From the human T2T-CHM13v2.0 reference genome, Homo sapiens: 64,000 nt of DNA. The notes beneath the pieces were generated by a model that saw only the letters and a list, made by a program, of their open reading frames with translations, ran no database searches and was not told the DNA's origin. Shown here in pieces: positions 41,829-55,752 of this stretch (positions within the stretch are counted from its first letter, which is position 1; the number at the start of each line of letters is the position of its first letter). The stretch lies in assembly GCF_009914755.1 (NCBI RefSeq), contig NC_060926.1. One strand, 5' to 3'. A program made the position numbers and the translations under genes.

Positions 41829-42969
41829 TCTGTAAGCAAAGTTATATACAGAAAGTGAAAAGACAAAAAAAGGAAGTGTTACATCACAAAGGGCTAAATT
41901 TTTTAATTAACAAAGAGCTCATAAAATTCAATAAGAAATAAAGTAACATCCAACAGAAACAAATGTGCAAAGTTTGTGAATAAGCAACTAATGAAAAACA
42001 TGAACAATTTCTCTCATATTTTAATAAAAGCAGCAGTAATTTTCATAATTTATCATCTGGGCAAAAATTAAAGAGTTTCATGGTATCTGGTGCTGGCAAT
42101 TGTGTGGAAAAATGGGCTTCATGCACTATTGATGGACATTTAAGTTAGTATAACCTTTCTAGACAACAATTTGGTGATATCTACCAGAAGTGGAAATGCA
42201 TGTTTGCTTCCTTTGGCTGCTAAGATCACTTGTAGGAATTTATCTTTGGAACATATGCATATTTTTGTAAACAATTCCAGAACAGATATACAAGTTTATT
42301 CACTGCCATGTTGTTTGTAATTTTGAAGGGGGAGGAGGAAAATAAAAGTGGAAACAAAGTGTCCATCAGTAGGGTACTCACTAAAACTTATTTATGATAT
42401 ATCCATATGGTGAGCAAATATGCAACTGGTAAAAAGAATGAATTATAAGGTTTGTGCTTATGTGATATTAGAATGAAATATCACACAGAGATGAATGGTA
42501 TATCGTGGCATATTATAGTCTCGTGTTAAATATATGTTTTGTGTGACCATAATGTATAAATATATTGTGCAAAAATATACAGAATATGTATTTTATATAT
42601 ATATATACAGAGAGAATCATAAATACTGATACATGCATGTCTTTCTTGTAAAAAACAAAAATTTTTACTAATGTTGAAAGTAAAAAGAGGGGAAGATTAC
42701 CTTCCATTTTCTTCCTTTCGCTATACATTGGATTTTCTAAGCACGCATGTGTATTTTCATTTTTCTCCTATACCAGCTGGAGTTATTTCAAGCTGTGGGA
42801 TTAAAGGTTATTTTTTGTTTTCTTTAAAAATGTACTATCTCTATTTTTAAGTCAGGCAAATTTTTCTTAGGACACGGTGTGATGACCACAGCCAAGGCAA
42901 TGCTCAGAAGGCTGAGTCTCCTGATGCTGAGGCTCTTGCTTGTTCTCTGACTCCTTCTTTCTCTTCCAG

Positions 42970-43102
42970 TGTGGCTCCGCGTCCATCATGGTCTTAGGTT
43001 CCCTTCCTCTGCCCAAGTCCCATCACAAGTGCAGAATCACTGCAGTTGGATTAACTGGACCCAGCCACAGCTGAGTATTAAATGAAATCATATGTGGCTT
43101 TG
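42970..43102 (+). other. Candidate non-coding exon (133 nt)
   Basis: Branch-like ctctgac, pyrimidine tract tccttctttctcttccag|, donor TTG|gtaagt; stops in all three frames. Confidence 0.4.
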
Positions 43103-43839
43103 GTAAGTGATCAAGAAATGCTAGCTTTCCTTTGCTTTTTGTTTTCCTTTTCAGTTTTGTTTTTCCTCTTCTTATGGTGATGAGGAGAGGGGAAAGAAGG
43201 CTACTGCTGTCATAACCCTAAGCATCACCTCCCAATGTGACACTTAAGTTTATGACAAGACGTAGCAGTAGGAGCCTTCAGCCTCATATCCTCCAGCTGC
43301 AGAGGAGTTAATTCTTCAATCTGTCTCTCCATGATGAGGTGCCCAACCCCAGGGAGCTGCGCAATCCCAGCGGCTGATGGGATCCCCGCAGGCTCTCCTG
43401 GGGTAAGCCTGGTCTTCACCAATTCTTATTTCTTCATCACTTGATTTACAGACACACACCTATGACCTGCAGGTCTCTGGGCGTGAGCATCCAAACAGAA
43501 AAGAGTCATTAAAGTTCAATCAGACCTGGTGGGTAAAGTTCCAAGTCCGCTGTGAGCCCAGAGCTGGGAAACCTAAGCTCTCTATTAAGGACCGCCGGCA
43601 ACCCCAGCCCTGTGCGGGTGGAGACAGTCTGTAGTACCTGTTTCGATTCTCCAACCAGAACTGCAGGGCAAGATCTTATTGTTATTATTGCTTGGAGAAC
43701 TTAGCTTGCATTTTTTTTCCCCTTTGGAATTTTACAATTCTCCTTTAAAATAACTCAAGAAAATTCATAGTTTTAAAGCTTTTTACTATTCAAAAACATA
43801 TGAAGACAATGAAGAGGGTCTGTAGGACACAGCCTCTGC

Positions 43840-44290
43840 AGTAGACACATTTGGATGAAATCCCAAGTCTGGCACTCAGAAGCAGAGCCAGAATTTGAGT
43901 TTCCAGCTTTAGCTAGCTCATTTGTCAACAAGGATAATAACATTCTCTGCTTCAGGATTAAATTAGGCAACAAATGCAATGCACTTAACAAAAGCCAGGC
44001 ATACACTAAGCCCACAAGTGATGCTGGCTATTACTGTTACGGGTTGGCACACAGGTGGTGACTTATAGGTGAACTCTAGAGGCAGAGTGCCCAGGGTTTC
44101 AATCCAGACTTTGCCAAGTGCTGTTTGCATGATTCTGTGAAGTTATTTAACCTTTTGTGCCCCAGTTTACTCATCTGGAAAATGGGAATGAAAATGGCAC
44201 CTGCATCGTGTAGTGGTTGTAAGAATTAAATTAGTTAATATATGCAAAGTGCTGTTGAAGGCCTAGCACATAGTAGGTACTAAACTCATG
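43840..44290 (+). mobile_element. Two adjacent MIR SINEs
   Basis: gaatttgagtttccagctt...aatgcaatgcacttaaca; then gaagttatttaaccttttgtgccccagtttactcatctggaaaatggg. Confidence 0.75.
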
Positions 44291-44319
44291 TTGTTGTGCA
44301 TCAACTATTTACATTTTAC

Positions 44320-45108
44320 ATTTTTTTTCTTTTTCAACTTTTAGAATCAGGGAGTACATGTGCAGGTTTGTTACAAAGGTATACCGCATGATGCTGAGGT
44401 TTGGGGTGTGATTGAACCTGTCACCCAGGTAGTGAGCATAATAACCAATAGATAGGTTTTCAGCCTTTGCCTCCCTCCCTCCCTCCTGCTTTGGTAATAC
44501 CCAGCGTCTATTGTTGCCATCTTTATGTCCATGAGTACCTGATGTTTAGCTTGCACTAGTAAGGCAGAACATGTGCTATTTGTTTTGCTATTCCTACATT
44601 AGTTCACTTAGGATGGAGGCCTTCAGCTGCATCCATGTTGCTGCAAAGGACAAGATTTTGTTTTGTTTTGTTTTGTTTTATGGCTGTGTTGTATCCCATG
44701 GTGTATATGAACCACATTTTCTTTATGCAGTCCACCGTTGATGGGCACCTGGGTTGATTCTGTTTTTGCTATTGTGAATAATTCTGTGATGAACCTACAA
44801 GTGAATGTGTCCTTTGGGTTAAATTACTTTATATCTTTGACATATACACCCAGTAATGTGACTGCTGAGTCAAATGGTAGTTCAACTCTTAGATCTTTGA
44901 GAAATCTCCAAACTGCCTTCCATGGTGGCTGGACTAAGTTATATTCCCACCAACATTCCCACTGTTATCTTTTGACTTTTCAACAAGAGCCATTCTGACA
45001 GGTATGAGAACAGTATCTCATTGTGGCTTTGATTTGTATTTCTCTGATGATTAGTGATGATGAGCATTTTTTCATGTTTCTTGGTCGCTTATATGTTTTC
45101 TTATGAGA
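44320..45108 (-). mobile_element. L1PA15/16-like 3' fragment
   Basis: tcagggagtacatgtgcaggtttgttaca...gatgctgaggtttgggg...tcacccaggtagtgagcata. Confidence 0.88.
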
Positions 45109-45308
45109 ATAAATATTTTTAAAAGTATTATTGATAAAAAAATCTAATGAAGAAATTCAAAATAGCAAAATAAAACAAAAAAATTCATGCACACAACAAA
45201 CCCCAAGGAAAGCAAGTAGGAGGCAATAATGAAACAAAATCAGAAAACTAATTTTAAAAACAGGAAAACAGAATTGATAAATAAATTCAAATGAAATACC
45301 TCCCCCCA

Positions 45309-45309
<1 letters not shown>

Positions 45310-45340
<31 letters not shown>
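45310..45340. repeat. (CA)n microsatellite
   Basis: About 15 CA units. Confidence 0.9.
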
Positions 45341-45345
<5 letters not shown>

Positions 45346-45877
45346 AAACACTAAAACACACGAGCCTCTGGTGAACAATGAAGGGATATGAGCCGTAAAT
45401 AAAATCAGCAACTATGAGCTCAGGTTCCCCCAATTTGAAGTTTTAAATCCCTTTGGGTGGAGGTGGGCCCGGTGTAGCCAGTAGCTGATGGAGTCCTTGC
45501 TGGCAGAGGGTCTGCTTTGGTGACTTGTGATTTGTCTCTAGTGGAGTTGTTTCCACCTCTCCTGGCCTGGATATTGGCCACTTGGTGCCAGCCGTCCTGC
45601 CCCAAGCCGGGACTTTCTTTGTCATCACCCATCTCTCTATTGGCCTCTGAGGACAGCCCTGATGTCGGCACCATCCTTTCTGGGAGATCTGACTCAGACC
45701 TCCTCCTACTGTCCTAGCAGGGCCCGGGACACCCTGTTCCTCAGCCAGCTTCCTGCAAAGCAGCCCACTAGCACACCTGTGGGCTGTCTTAAGACTTGAG
45801 ACCCAATTTGAGAAATGATGAAAGAGATTTTCCACTCGCCTCATGTAGTATGGTGTTTTGTTTTGTTTTGTTTTGTA

Positions 45878-46205
45878 TTTGTATCCATGGGGGATTGATT
45901 TCAGCACCTGTGTCAATGCCAAAGTCCTCAGATGCTCAAATCTTTTCTATAAAATGGCATAGCATTTGCATACAACCTACACATGTGCTCCTATATAATT
46001 TAAATCATCTCTAGATGACTTATAGTACCTAATACAATGTAACTGATATGTAAGTAAGCATTATACTCTATTGTTTAGGGAATAATGACAAGAAAAATGG
46101 TCTTCACATGTTGAGCAAAGATGCTTTTTTCCCCAAATATTTTCCATGCATAATTGGTTGTTGAATCCATGAGTGCAGAACACGCAGATATGGAGGGTGA
46201 ACAAT
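45878..46205 (+). mobile_element. MER2 TcMar-Tigger MITE
   Basis: gtatccatgggggattg...cagatgctcaa...tttaaatcatctctagatgacttatagtacctaatacaatgtaa...cagatatggagggt. Confidence 0.85.
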
Positions 46206-46530
46206 CTATCCCCTGGGTCCCCTCTGCATCAAAGACCTTGGGAAATAGATGCTATTCAATAAGCATGAAAATTCATGCTGGGATCTGTGGAATACTGGGC
46301 TGGTATGGTAGTGTGTTATGAAGTATAAGAAAAATAATTGACTTTCTACTGCTTTCCAAGAGAAAAAAGAGTTGAAAGGAGAAAAAAATCCAGATATTGG
46401 GTACAACCAAGAATATGTCAAAAGAGTAAACAAGAGAGTGTTTGCAAATTCCAAGTGCCTGGCCCCGTTAGTGAGTGTCATGAGCAGGCAGGGAAGGGAA
46501 GAAATGGCCCTGTTGTAGTCATGGATGTAA

Positions 46531-47030
<500 letters not shown>

Positions 47031-47074
47031 GAGCTGCCAGGTAAGACTGTGGTTATATTCAGAGTTGGCCACTT

Positions 47075-47195
47075 ACTCATAGCCTCAGTTTCTTTATCCT
47101 TAAAATGGAGGTAGTAATACTAACCTCATAGGGCTGAAGGGGCCAAAATGAAATAACATAGGTAAAGTCTCTGGCATACAGTTGATGCTCAGACA
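47075..47195 (+). mobile_element. MIR fragment
   Basis: gcctcagtttctttatccttaaaatggaggtagtaatactaacctcatagggctg. Confidence 0.75.
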
Positions 47196-48369
47196 TCCCT
47201 GGCCATTGCCTCCTAGTCCCACCAAACCTACCTTTGAGCATTATTGACAGATATGTTAGTTCATGCCACGTGTGGTCACCATTTCTGAAATACCCATGAG
47301 ATTTCTGACTCAATGGCTTTGCTCTGACTCAAAGGCTTCTCTAAATTGGGGGCTTCCCAATTTCTGGAAACCTGGAGTTAAAAGGAAGAGGCATCCCAGA
47401 TAGAAATGATTTCCTCGAGCTGGAGTGCCTTTTCCTTCTATTTCCAGGTTTCCAGAAGCTGGGGAGCCTCTGAGCCCCCACCTATGTAGCATTTACCCTG
47501 TGAAATCCCATCAGTTCCCTCCAGTGTTGAGTCATGTTTCTTCCCTTTGTGCTCCCCTGGCTCTTTGTGGGGGCTGTTCCTGAGAGCCCTGGGTCTCAGC
47601 TTTGTCACCTAGAAAAGGGGATAATAACATCCAGTCTGTAGGAACTGTGTAAAGTATGCAAGCTGTGTAACGTTCTGTAACTTTCACAGAACGCAATTAG
47701 CACCTAATAAGTGGTGCCTGTTATAATCATTATTGCTGGGCAAAGGCTTTCTCATATTACAGTTACCATTGGGCCAGGTTTATATTTCCTCCTAGATGAG
47801 GGATTAGGGCAGGAATGTTATTAAATCATGTTTTGTTCTCCCCACGTTGTCTAGCACACAGCCCGGAGCATAATAGATGCTCAGAAAATGTGGAATGAAG
47901 TGAACAAGTATGAAGCTAGAGACCACACAAATGGGGGAGGCTGGTCCCTGTAATAGGAATGAGGCTCTTTCCACATTTGCTGCACGCTTACAGTCCGCAA
48001 AGCCTCATGCTACGTGCTCTAGAGGGTATCAGAAGGAACACGTTGAAATGCTCTCTCACCCCAAGGGCTAGCATTGTGGTTGAGCCTAAGTGGGAGGGCA
48101 CAGCACAGGGTTTATCAGCAAAGCACAGAGATTCCCGAAGCATTGAGGCCACCCTTGGGAAGGTTGAAAACGAGGTCAGGCAGGACACAAGTCCTGTGGC
48201 TGTAGGGATGCTGCTCTTTTTATCTACTGCTGTGTGTCTCTTGTCTAGCCAGGTATCCTGGCAGCTGCCCTGATAACAACATTTGTTAAATGGATGAAAT
48301 GTGGAAAGGCTTCCTGAGGAGGATGAGAGAAATGGTGTGGGGTGTTCGGTAGGAACAGCGTTGATGACA

Positions 48370-48700
48370 AACTATTGGGAAGAAATTATATATACAACAG
48401 TAGGAAAATGATTAGCTAAATTATGATACTTCATTCAATGTAATTATTTATAGTCATTTAAAATTAGGTTTATGAAGACCTTATACCAAGGAAGAATGCT
48501 TTTTGTTTTATTTTTAGTGAAAAACACAATGATAGAAAAATTCAGAAACCCTAACATTGTAACTATTAAAGCTATATATAAAGACTAGGAACAAACACAC
48601 TAGATGTTACTAGTAGCTTGCTCCAAATCCTAGGTTTATGAATAATTTTTTCACCTCTCTTTTGTTCTATTTTTCAAAATTTCTATGACCATGAGCAACT
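48370..48700 (+). mobile_element. Old L1ME-type 3' end
   Basis: aacagtaggaaaatgattagctaaattatgata...aaagactaggaacaaacacac. Confidence 0.55.
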
Positions 48701-50115
48701 TTGATCATAGAAAAAGAATGAAATTATAAATTGTATAACATATCTACATTGATTAAAGTATTTTCTAGAAATAATTTATGAATTCTATTGGATTATCCAT
48801 AATTGGTAATCCTCTTCCTTTCCTGATTTTAATAATTTAGAAGATATTGAATATGTATTGTGTACATCATATTTTGGGTGCATTCAGGTGAATCTCTGCA
48901 AATACTCTTTAACATGAGAATGTATTTATCGCATATGTGTATATACATCGGAAATACACACACACACACACAGGAAGGGGATATAGTTAGCGTGGAGGGA
49001 GATGGACAGGTGGCTAGACTGATGGGGAATAGAATAGAGATAATAGATTCTTAGTGTGTACTCAGAAGTTCAAAGATGTGTTACAGAACTGAGAGAGCCC
49101 AGGACAGTCTACCAAAAACACACCCTCTCTCTGGAATGGACTGAGGATTTGAGAGAGAAACGAGACAACAGAGACAATGTATGAGTCCCTTCCTTTCCAT
49201 CTCTCTCTTGTTCTCTCACTTTCACCTCCCATTCTCTGCCCCCGCCCGACACCCCTTTTCCTCCCTCTCCCTCCTTCTGTCTCTTCTCTGACTGCCTCAT
49301 GAGCTGTCCAGCCCCAGGGGCTGCTGTCATAAAACACACCATCCATGAGCATTTTGCTGGCTGGGAAGAGGCAATCAGGACTTTGGCAAAACGTTTCTGA
49401 CAAAGACAAATGCCAAAAGTGGTCAAAATGGGCTGATTTTTGAGAGAAAAAAATATATTTTTTGACCTGGCTGGGCATTTGGGGGTTGTGTTTTGAAAAT
49501 AGGTATTTAAGGTTGTACGTAATTCATTTAATGTGCAAGGAAGTTACTAATTTTATAGAGAAATGAAGATCCACAGAACTCATATTCTTCTGAGCTCTAC
49601 CTCAGCCTTAGCCTGGGGTAATTACTAACTGCTTTGGTGAGAAGATAATTTTATTTTAATTCTCATGCAATAGCTGAATAACTTCCATACAAATGCCAAC
49701 TACTAGTCTTTATGAGTAAATTATTGTCCTCACTATTAGGGTGTGGTAAAGAGAGAATGACATACTTTAGGAGTGATAATGCTTCTTGGATATGAGTTCT
49801 TTCTAGTCATTATAAACATAATAACCCTATTTTAAAAATAGTTTAGGTGAACATGTTGAAAGAGCACAAGTAAGAGACAAAAAATTATCATTTAAAAAAT
49901 AAAACAACTATGCAGATACTACTTTGATAAAGGAGGATAAGATATTTACCTTTTAGTTCCATCTTAGAGAGAACCATGGCTTTCTGACTTTCTGTGCCTT
50001 GGGTCCCCACCATCCCCAGCCTCTCTTTTCCAACTCTTTAGACCTATGTTACTCAGCCAAGGGACAGTTCCTGCCTTGAGTATCCTTGCTCTACCTTTAA
50101 AAAAATGTGGAATGA

Positions 50116-50402
<287 letters not shown>

Positions 50403-50955
50403 GTGGATTGAAAATTTTAAAAATGTGAACTATGGTATTTTTTTTAAAGACAGAAGGCAAAAACTAAATGGAATAGTTACCATTTGTGCCAAACACTTCG
50501 CACAAATGCCGTAATGCTTTTTTATTTACAGAAACCTGCATCAGGCAACCCAGGAGCATTCTGTAGCTGGAGGGGTTTGGCTGTACCTGTAAAAAAATCT
50601 AAAATATTATTTTTATTTTTTTCTTTAAGGGAGGAGGGCATAAAAGTTAATAATCAAATATTCTATTTTTCCATTAAGCACTTTGCACACACGTGCTCAC
50701 ATTTGATTAATATGGAAACCTGCTGATGCAGGCACTAACTCTCTCAAATTAGAGGCACCAATGCTCCAAGATAGGAAGCAGCTTGCCTAAGAAGAACAGA
50801 TGACTAGTGAGTGAGAAAGTGGGATTTTGCCTGACTCCAAAGTTTATATTTTTCCTCCCCAGCCACCACCCTGCTGCAGCCACCTAGAGAACTACCCAGT
50901 TTCCAGTTCTGTACCTTGTTTATTTCCCAAGTTTTAACACCTGCACTGGGACTGA

Positions 50956-51483
<528 letters not shown>

Positions 51484-51859
51484 TGAGCCACTCCTCCCAC
51501 CTCCACCAACACTTTAAAATGTAAAATGTGAATGAATTAATTTTTTTACTTTGAAGTTCTCTTGACACTCCTTGAGGTAACTGGAGTCATCTGTGATAAA
51601 AATCAGATTTGGCAAGCAGATTTCTCCAAGCTTTCTATGTTTATTCTTTGCTTTCTTTCTCAGCAGACCAGTTTGCAAGGCCCCACCCATCCACTGCCCC
51701 AAATCATTGGTGCAAAACTTCTCCAGTAGAGAAGATACCCAAGCCTGAAATCCAAGCCACGATTTCATTGGATACATGAACACTTGACTTATTTTAAGGC
51801 TCTTGGCTTTGGGGTTTTATGAAAATCATAACCAGAATTAAAAAGGACAATGGAAGCCA

Positions 51860-52160
51860 GATGCTTCCTGTGTTTTATTTATTGATGAAGAAATTAAAGC
51901 TAAGGAGCTTAAGCAGGCTTCCAGAGTCACCTGCTGTTAGTGACAGAGCTGGAATTAGAACCTGGCGCTATGGACTGGAGCCCCAGCTTGGAGGGTGCAA
52001 GCACAGTTTCTCCTCTGGTGCATGAAGAAAGCCAGAGCGCCGCGCGGAACCAACACAGGGTGGTACCTATCCCAGAGGGTTAAGAGGGATTGAGTGAGTC
52101 CATACATGCGAAGTGTTTAGAACAGTGCCTGGAGCATAGAAAGTGCTCATTCTCATTATT
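51860..52160. mobile_element. Two MIR fragments in opposite orientation
   Basis: tgatgaagaaattaaagct...agtgacagagctggaattagaacc (reverse), then cagtttctcctctg...gaagtgtttagaacagtgcctgg (forward). Confidence 0.7.
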
Positions 52161-53147
52161 ATTTGATTAGCCCAGATGAATGTCTTTCAGAGCAGGAGAA
52201 TGAGGCAGTGAAAGGTTTTTAGCGCTGACCTCCAATGCCAACGTGTGGATGCCAGAATAACTGCTGGTCATGTGTTGGAATCCGTACAAGAATGCAAGTC
52301 ACTCACTCTTTCTCTAGGTTTTTAACTTCATTAGGCCAGCATTTTGAAAGCAAGTCTTTGAAATTAGAGTTGTTTACTTTTAAAATATTTAAAAGTCCTC
52401 CCGAACCTCTCTGTAAAGAAAAAGTAACTGGGCTGATAGAGGGAGGATTGCAGTCATTGTCACAAATACTATAAAAAAGCAGTTTACTTTCTCTGTTAAA
52501 ACTAAGTATGACTTAAAGACTCTTTGGGCTTCTTTTCCTGGAGAAACTGGATATTTGTTATACAGGACTGATAAGTCTTTCAGGATCCGGTGTAAAGCCG
52601 GAACTTTTTGCAGCTTATGTCCTTATTTAAAAGGATATAGGGTACGCCTTTATTTCCTGGATATTTAGGAGATTCCAGAGAATTTGTTATTGTAAGAGAA
52701 ATCTGCTTTGTGAAAATGAGAGCCGTATTTGCATTTCCTGTTCTAAACTCTTTTCCTAAAATTTGCACATTATGCTAACACCTGGACTGCTTGCTAAATT
52801 TCTGGAAAGTTGTCAGCTCTTCCCCTCCCCATGCTAAAGTCTCTGAGTTAGCCCCACCCTTTCCTACTCTTTATCCCCCTACTCCACGCCTAGACTCCAA
52901 GTCACAAGGCAAAGACTGAAAGGGGCGAGAGGCTGTAGGTACTACTCTAAGTAGAGGTACCAAGCACGACTCCATCACCTTAGAGGGACATTTGAGGGGA
53001 GACTGAAAGGGTGACTTAGGTCTGTGATATGTGGTTGGCCTCTGTGCATAGGTGGCACGACTCACCCCTGAACAGAGGACTCTTGCTTAGAGATTTCTGC
53101 TGGGTCAGTAAAGCTGATTCTTACAAAGGAAATGAGCCAGGCTAATT

Positions 53148-53330
53148 GATAATAACAGCTGTCATTATGGAGGGTTTACTTTGTGCTAGACGCTGTGTTA
53201 AGTGCTTTGCACACATTATCCCTTTAAATCCCCTGTAGCAACCCTGCAGAGAGGCCGTTATCACCCCTATTTCTCAGGGACTCACAAGGTGAAGCCCGGG
53301 GCAGAGCTAGAACTTCAGCCTGAGGCCCCC
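53148..53330 (-). mobile_element. MIR SINE
   Basis: ctgtgttaagtgctttgcacacattatccctttaaatcc...aaccctgcagag...atcacccctatttc. Confidence 0.75.
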
Positions 53331-55706
53331 TCCCCCACACTCCTATGTGATTCAGGACCACAGAGCTGTTTGCAAATATCTCCTGTTTTCCTCCTTCATG
53401 AGAGAGAGATGTTATATGTGAGCTTCAGCCCTGGAAAAGGGGCTGCTCTAGGGCCTGGGCCCATTGGCATCGACCTGTATGACTTGGAACAAAATGCACG
53501 GTTCATCTGTGAGATAAGTTATTCTACTGGATCCTGCTTTCTTGGATTGTTATAAATTCTGTCTAGCATGTTGTTGGGATTCGTGACAGCCTCAAAATGT
53601 GAATATTGAGCCCTTTGGTCTAAGATGTTGTTTTCTGCTTATGCTTTGCTGAAGTTTGCCTCAAATGGAGGATTTAATGAGACAAAGCTATTTTCTCTTT
53701 AAATCTATTTCATTGCATTTAGGCAAAATGAAAATATGCAAATTCTCTTCCGTAGGGCTTGCCCTCGTCTCAACACCAGATTTCAAATGCAGAGGTGAGG
53801 AAAGAGGTTTAAAAGGTTTCGAGTTAGGACTTAGTCTTTCCTTCACATGCCCTGTGCCCTGCTGTCCTGCCATAGGCCGATTGGGTATCCAGGCTGGTGT
53901 GCTGCCGGTGTCCTGACATCTCCCACGACTTCTATCCCGTAAACATACTAGACACAACTTCCTTTTGAGGTCCCTCATTCTCTCTAAGATTGGGGGTCAG
54001 AACTTAGAAATAGTTTCTTTTTAAATTAATCACTGTGCCTTGACTGTTGACCCTGTACCCATTTATCATAACCAGTTCCTTTCCTAACCAGTTTCCTTGT
54101 GAGTGGAATTTCCAGTTTAAATTGCTTTGATTTCAACTTTAGTTTTTAAAGACTGCTGTCCCTCCTTCTTTCCCCCATTGAAGTAATGCTGTAGTAGGGC
54201 TGAGGGGCATATGAGGGCAAAATGTAGGGGAACCATTTTGGCATAAAATTTGACTACACCAAATGACTGTATCAAGGGGCAAAATCTGACCCTTTGTAGA
54301 GCCAAGTCAATGTCATGAGGCAGTTGTTTCTGGAGCTCTGATACAGTGGGTGTTTGAATCAAACTGCAATCCTCAGTCCCACCTTAAGTATCAAGCAGGC
54401 TTAGACGCTCTTCATGGTGTGCACCTGAATCTTGTATATGATCTATTGTTTAAAACCCATATCCCAAGAGAAGCAAATACTTAATTATCACCCTTATTTC
54501 CCAAATGCAGTTAGGTTATTGGTTTTGACTTAATGAAGAAAATAGTTGGTGGGAATGAGCCAGGCTCTGAAACACCAAGGAAAGAGCTGAGAGTTCTGAA
54601 GGAGGGGAAAGGGTGGCAAAGAATCAAATATATGCAACTAAGCACTTTTCATATTTCACATGAAACAGTTTGATACCATTTTTTAAAAGAAGGAAAGAAA
54701 TATTTTAGATATTCTAAGCATATTGCTTAAACCACAAATTCTGTAAAAAATGAACAGCATAAGCTATTAACAGCCGCACGCGTCATAAACACCTTAGGCG
54801 AGACAATCAGATACTAATGCCAAAAGCACCTTGGAGCCATCAGTCTGCACAGGGCTCGACTTCTGCAATTTCATAAGATAAATGCCTCTGCTGTTTTAAG
54901 ATGATGAAACTGCAGCTGAGACGAATCTCCGTGTTTTTCACCAGTGATTTAATAAAGGCCAGCTCAGACTAAATATGGAACGGCTACTCTGAAAGCTTTT
55001 TTAGCTTTGTGCTGAAACGTGTTCAAACTTTCTTTTGTAAATTGATTGTATTCAAAGTTCCGATTTGTTTCGACATTTACTAAGTCGTGGACTTTAAATG
55101 TTCCATGTAACGCACTGTGGTTTTATGGGGAATTCAGGGAAAGATGCTTTCTTGGGCAAAGCCAGGGGCTGAGGATCCAAAAGTTGACTACTTTTCTTGG
55201 CCAAAAATGGCTGCCAAGGGAGACAGAGGAGAAAAAGGTGTCTGCATCATGGATTTTGCTGTCCTTACAATTAGGCTTCTCTTTTTTTAAGTGCTTATAT
55301 CCATATGATGTCACCCTTGCCCTCAGGTTTATTTTTGTGTCTTAAGATGCTTTAAATACACATCCAATCAGTAAGTAGGTAGACAGTGAGATGGATATGG
55401 AGATGGACAGTCGGCAGCTCAGATAGCTAGATAAACACGCTTCAATATATTACAGGCAATTACTTCCAAAAGTATTTAAAATCCTAGGGGACAAGCCTGA
55501 ATATAATTTTAGAGGATCTATTTAAATCCTATATTCATGAGTAAGAAAAGGTTTTTTTTTTCTCCATTTTTGATGAGCAAGAGAGGGCAAGCCAGCAAGA
55601 AAGCAAGCGAGGCAGGCCTGATTTATTAATATTTCTTTGGGCCCCTGTACTTGGCAACTGACTCTTTTAGTATGTCAACCATCCTCTTCCAGAATTACTG
55701 ATGAGG

Positions 55707-55707
<1 letters not shown>

Positions 55708-55745
<38 letters not shown>

Positions 55746-55752
55746 TGTGTGT
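55708..55752. repeat. (TG)n microsatellite, one interruption
   Basis: tgtgtg...gtatgtgtg. Confidence 0.95.

Larger units (their letters stand above)
40400..42800 (+). mobile_element. Degenerate L1ME-type ORF2 and 3' region
   Basis: A-rich L1 motifs, caattagacaaaataaagaaataa, ggtgctggcaattgtgtggaaaaatggg, gtccatcagtaggg. Confidence 0.7.

Noticed and set aside
43225-43422. Protein-like 65-aa minus-strand ORF
   Set aside because: Non-ATG start, no recognisable homology, no convincing flanking splice sites.
45443-45922. 159-aa minus-strand ORF
   Set aside because: Begins in MER2 and a simple repeat; no recognisable domain or exon structure.
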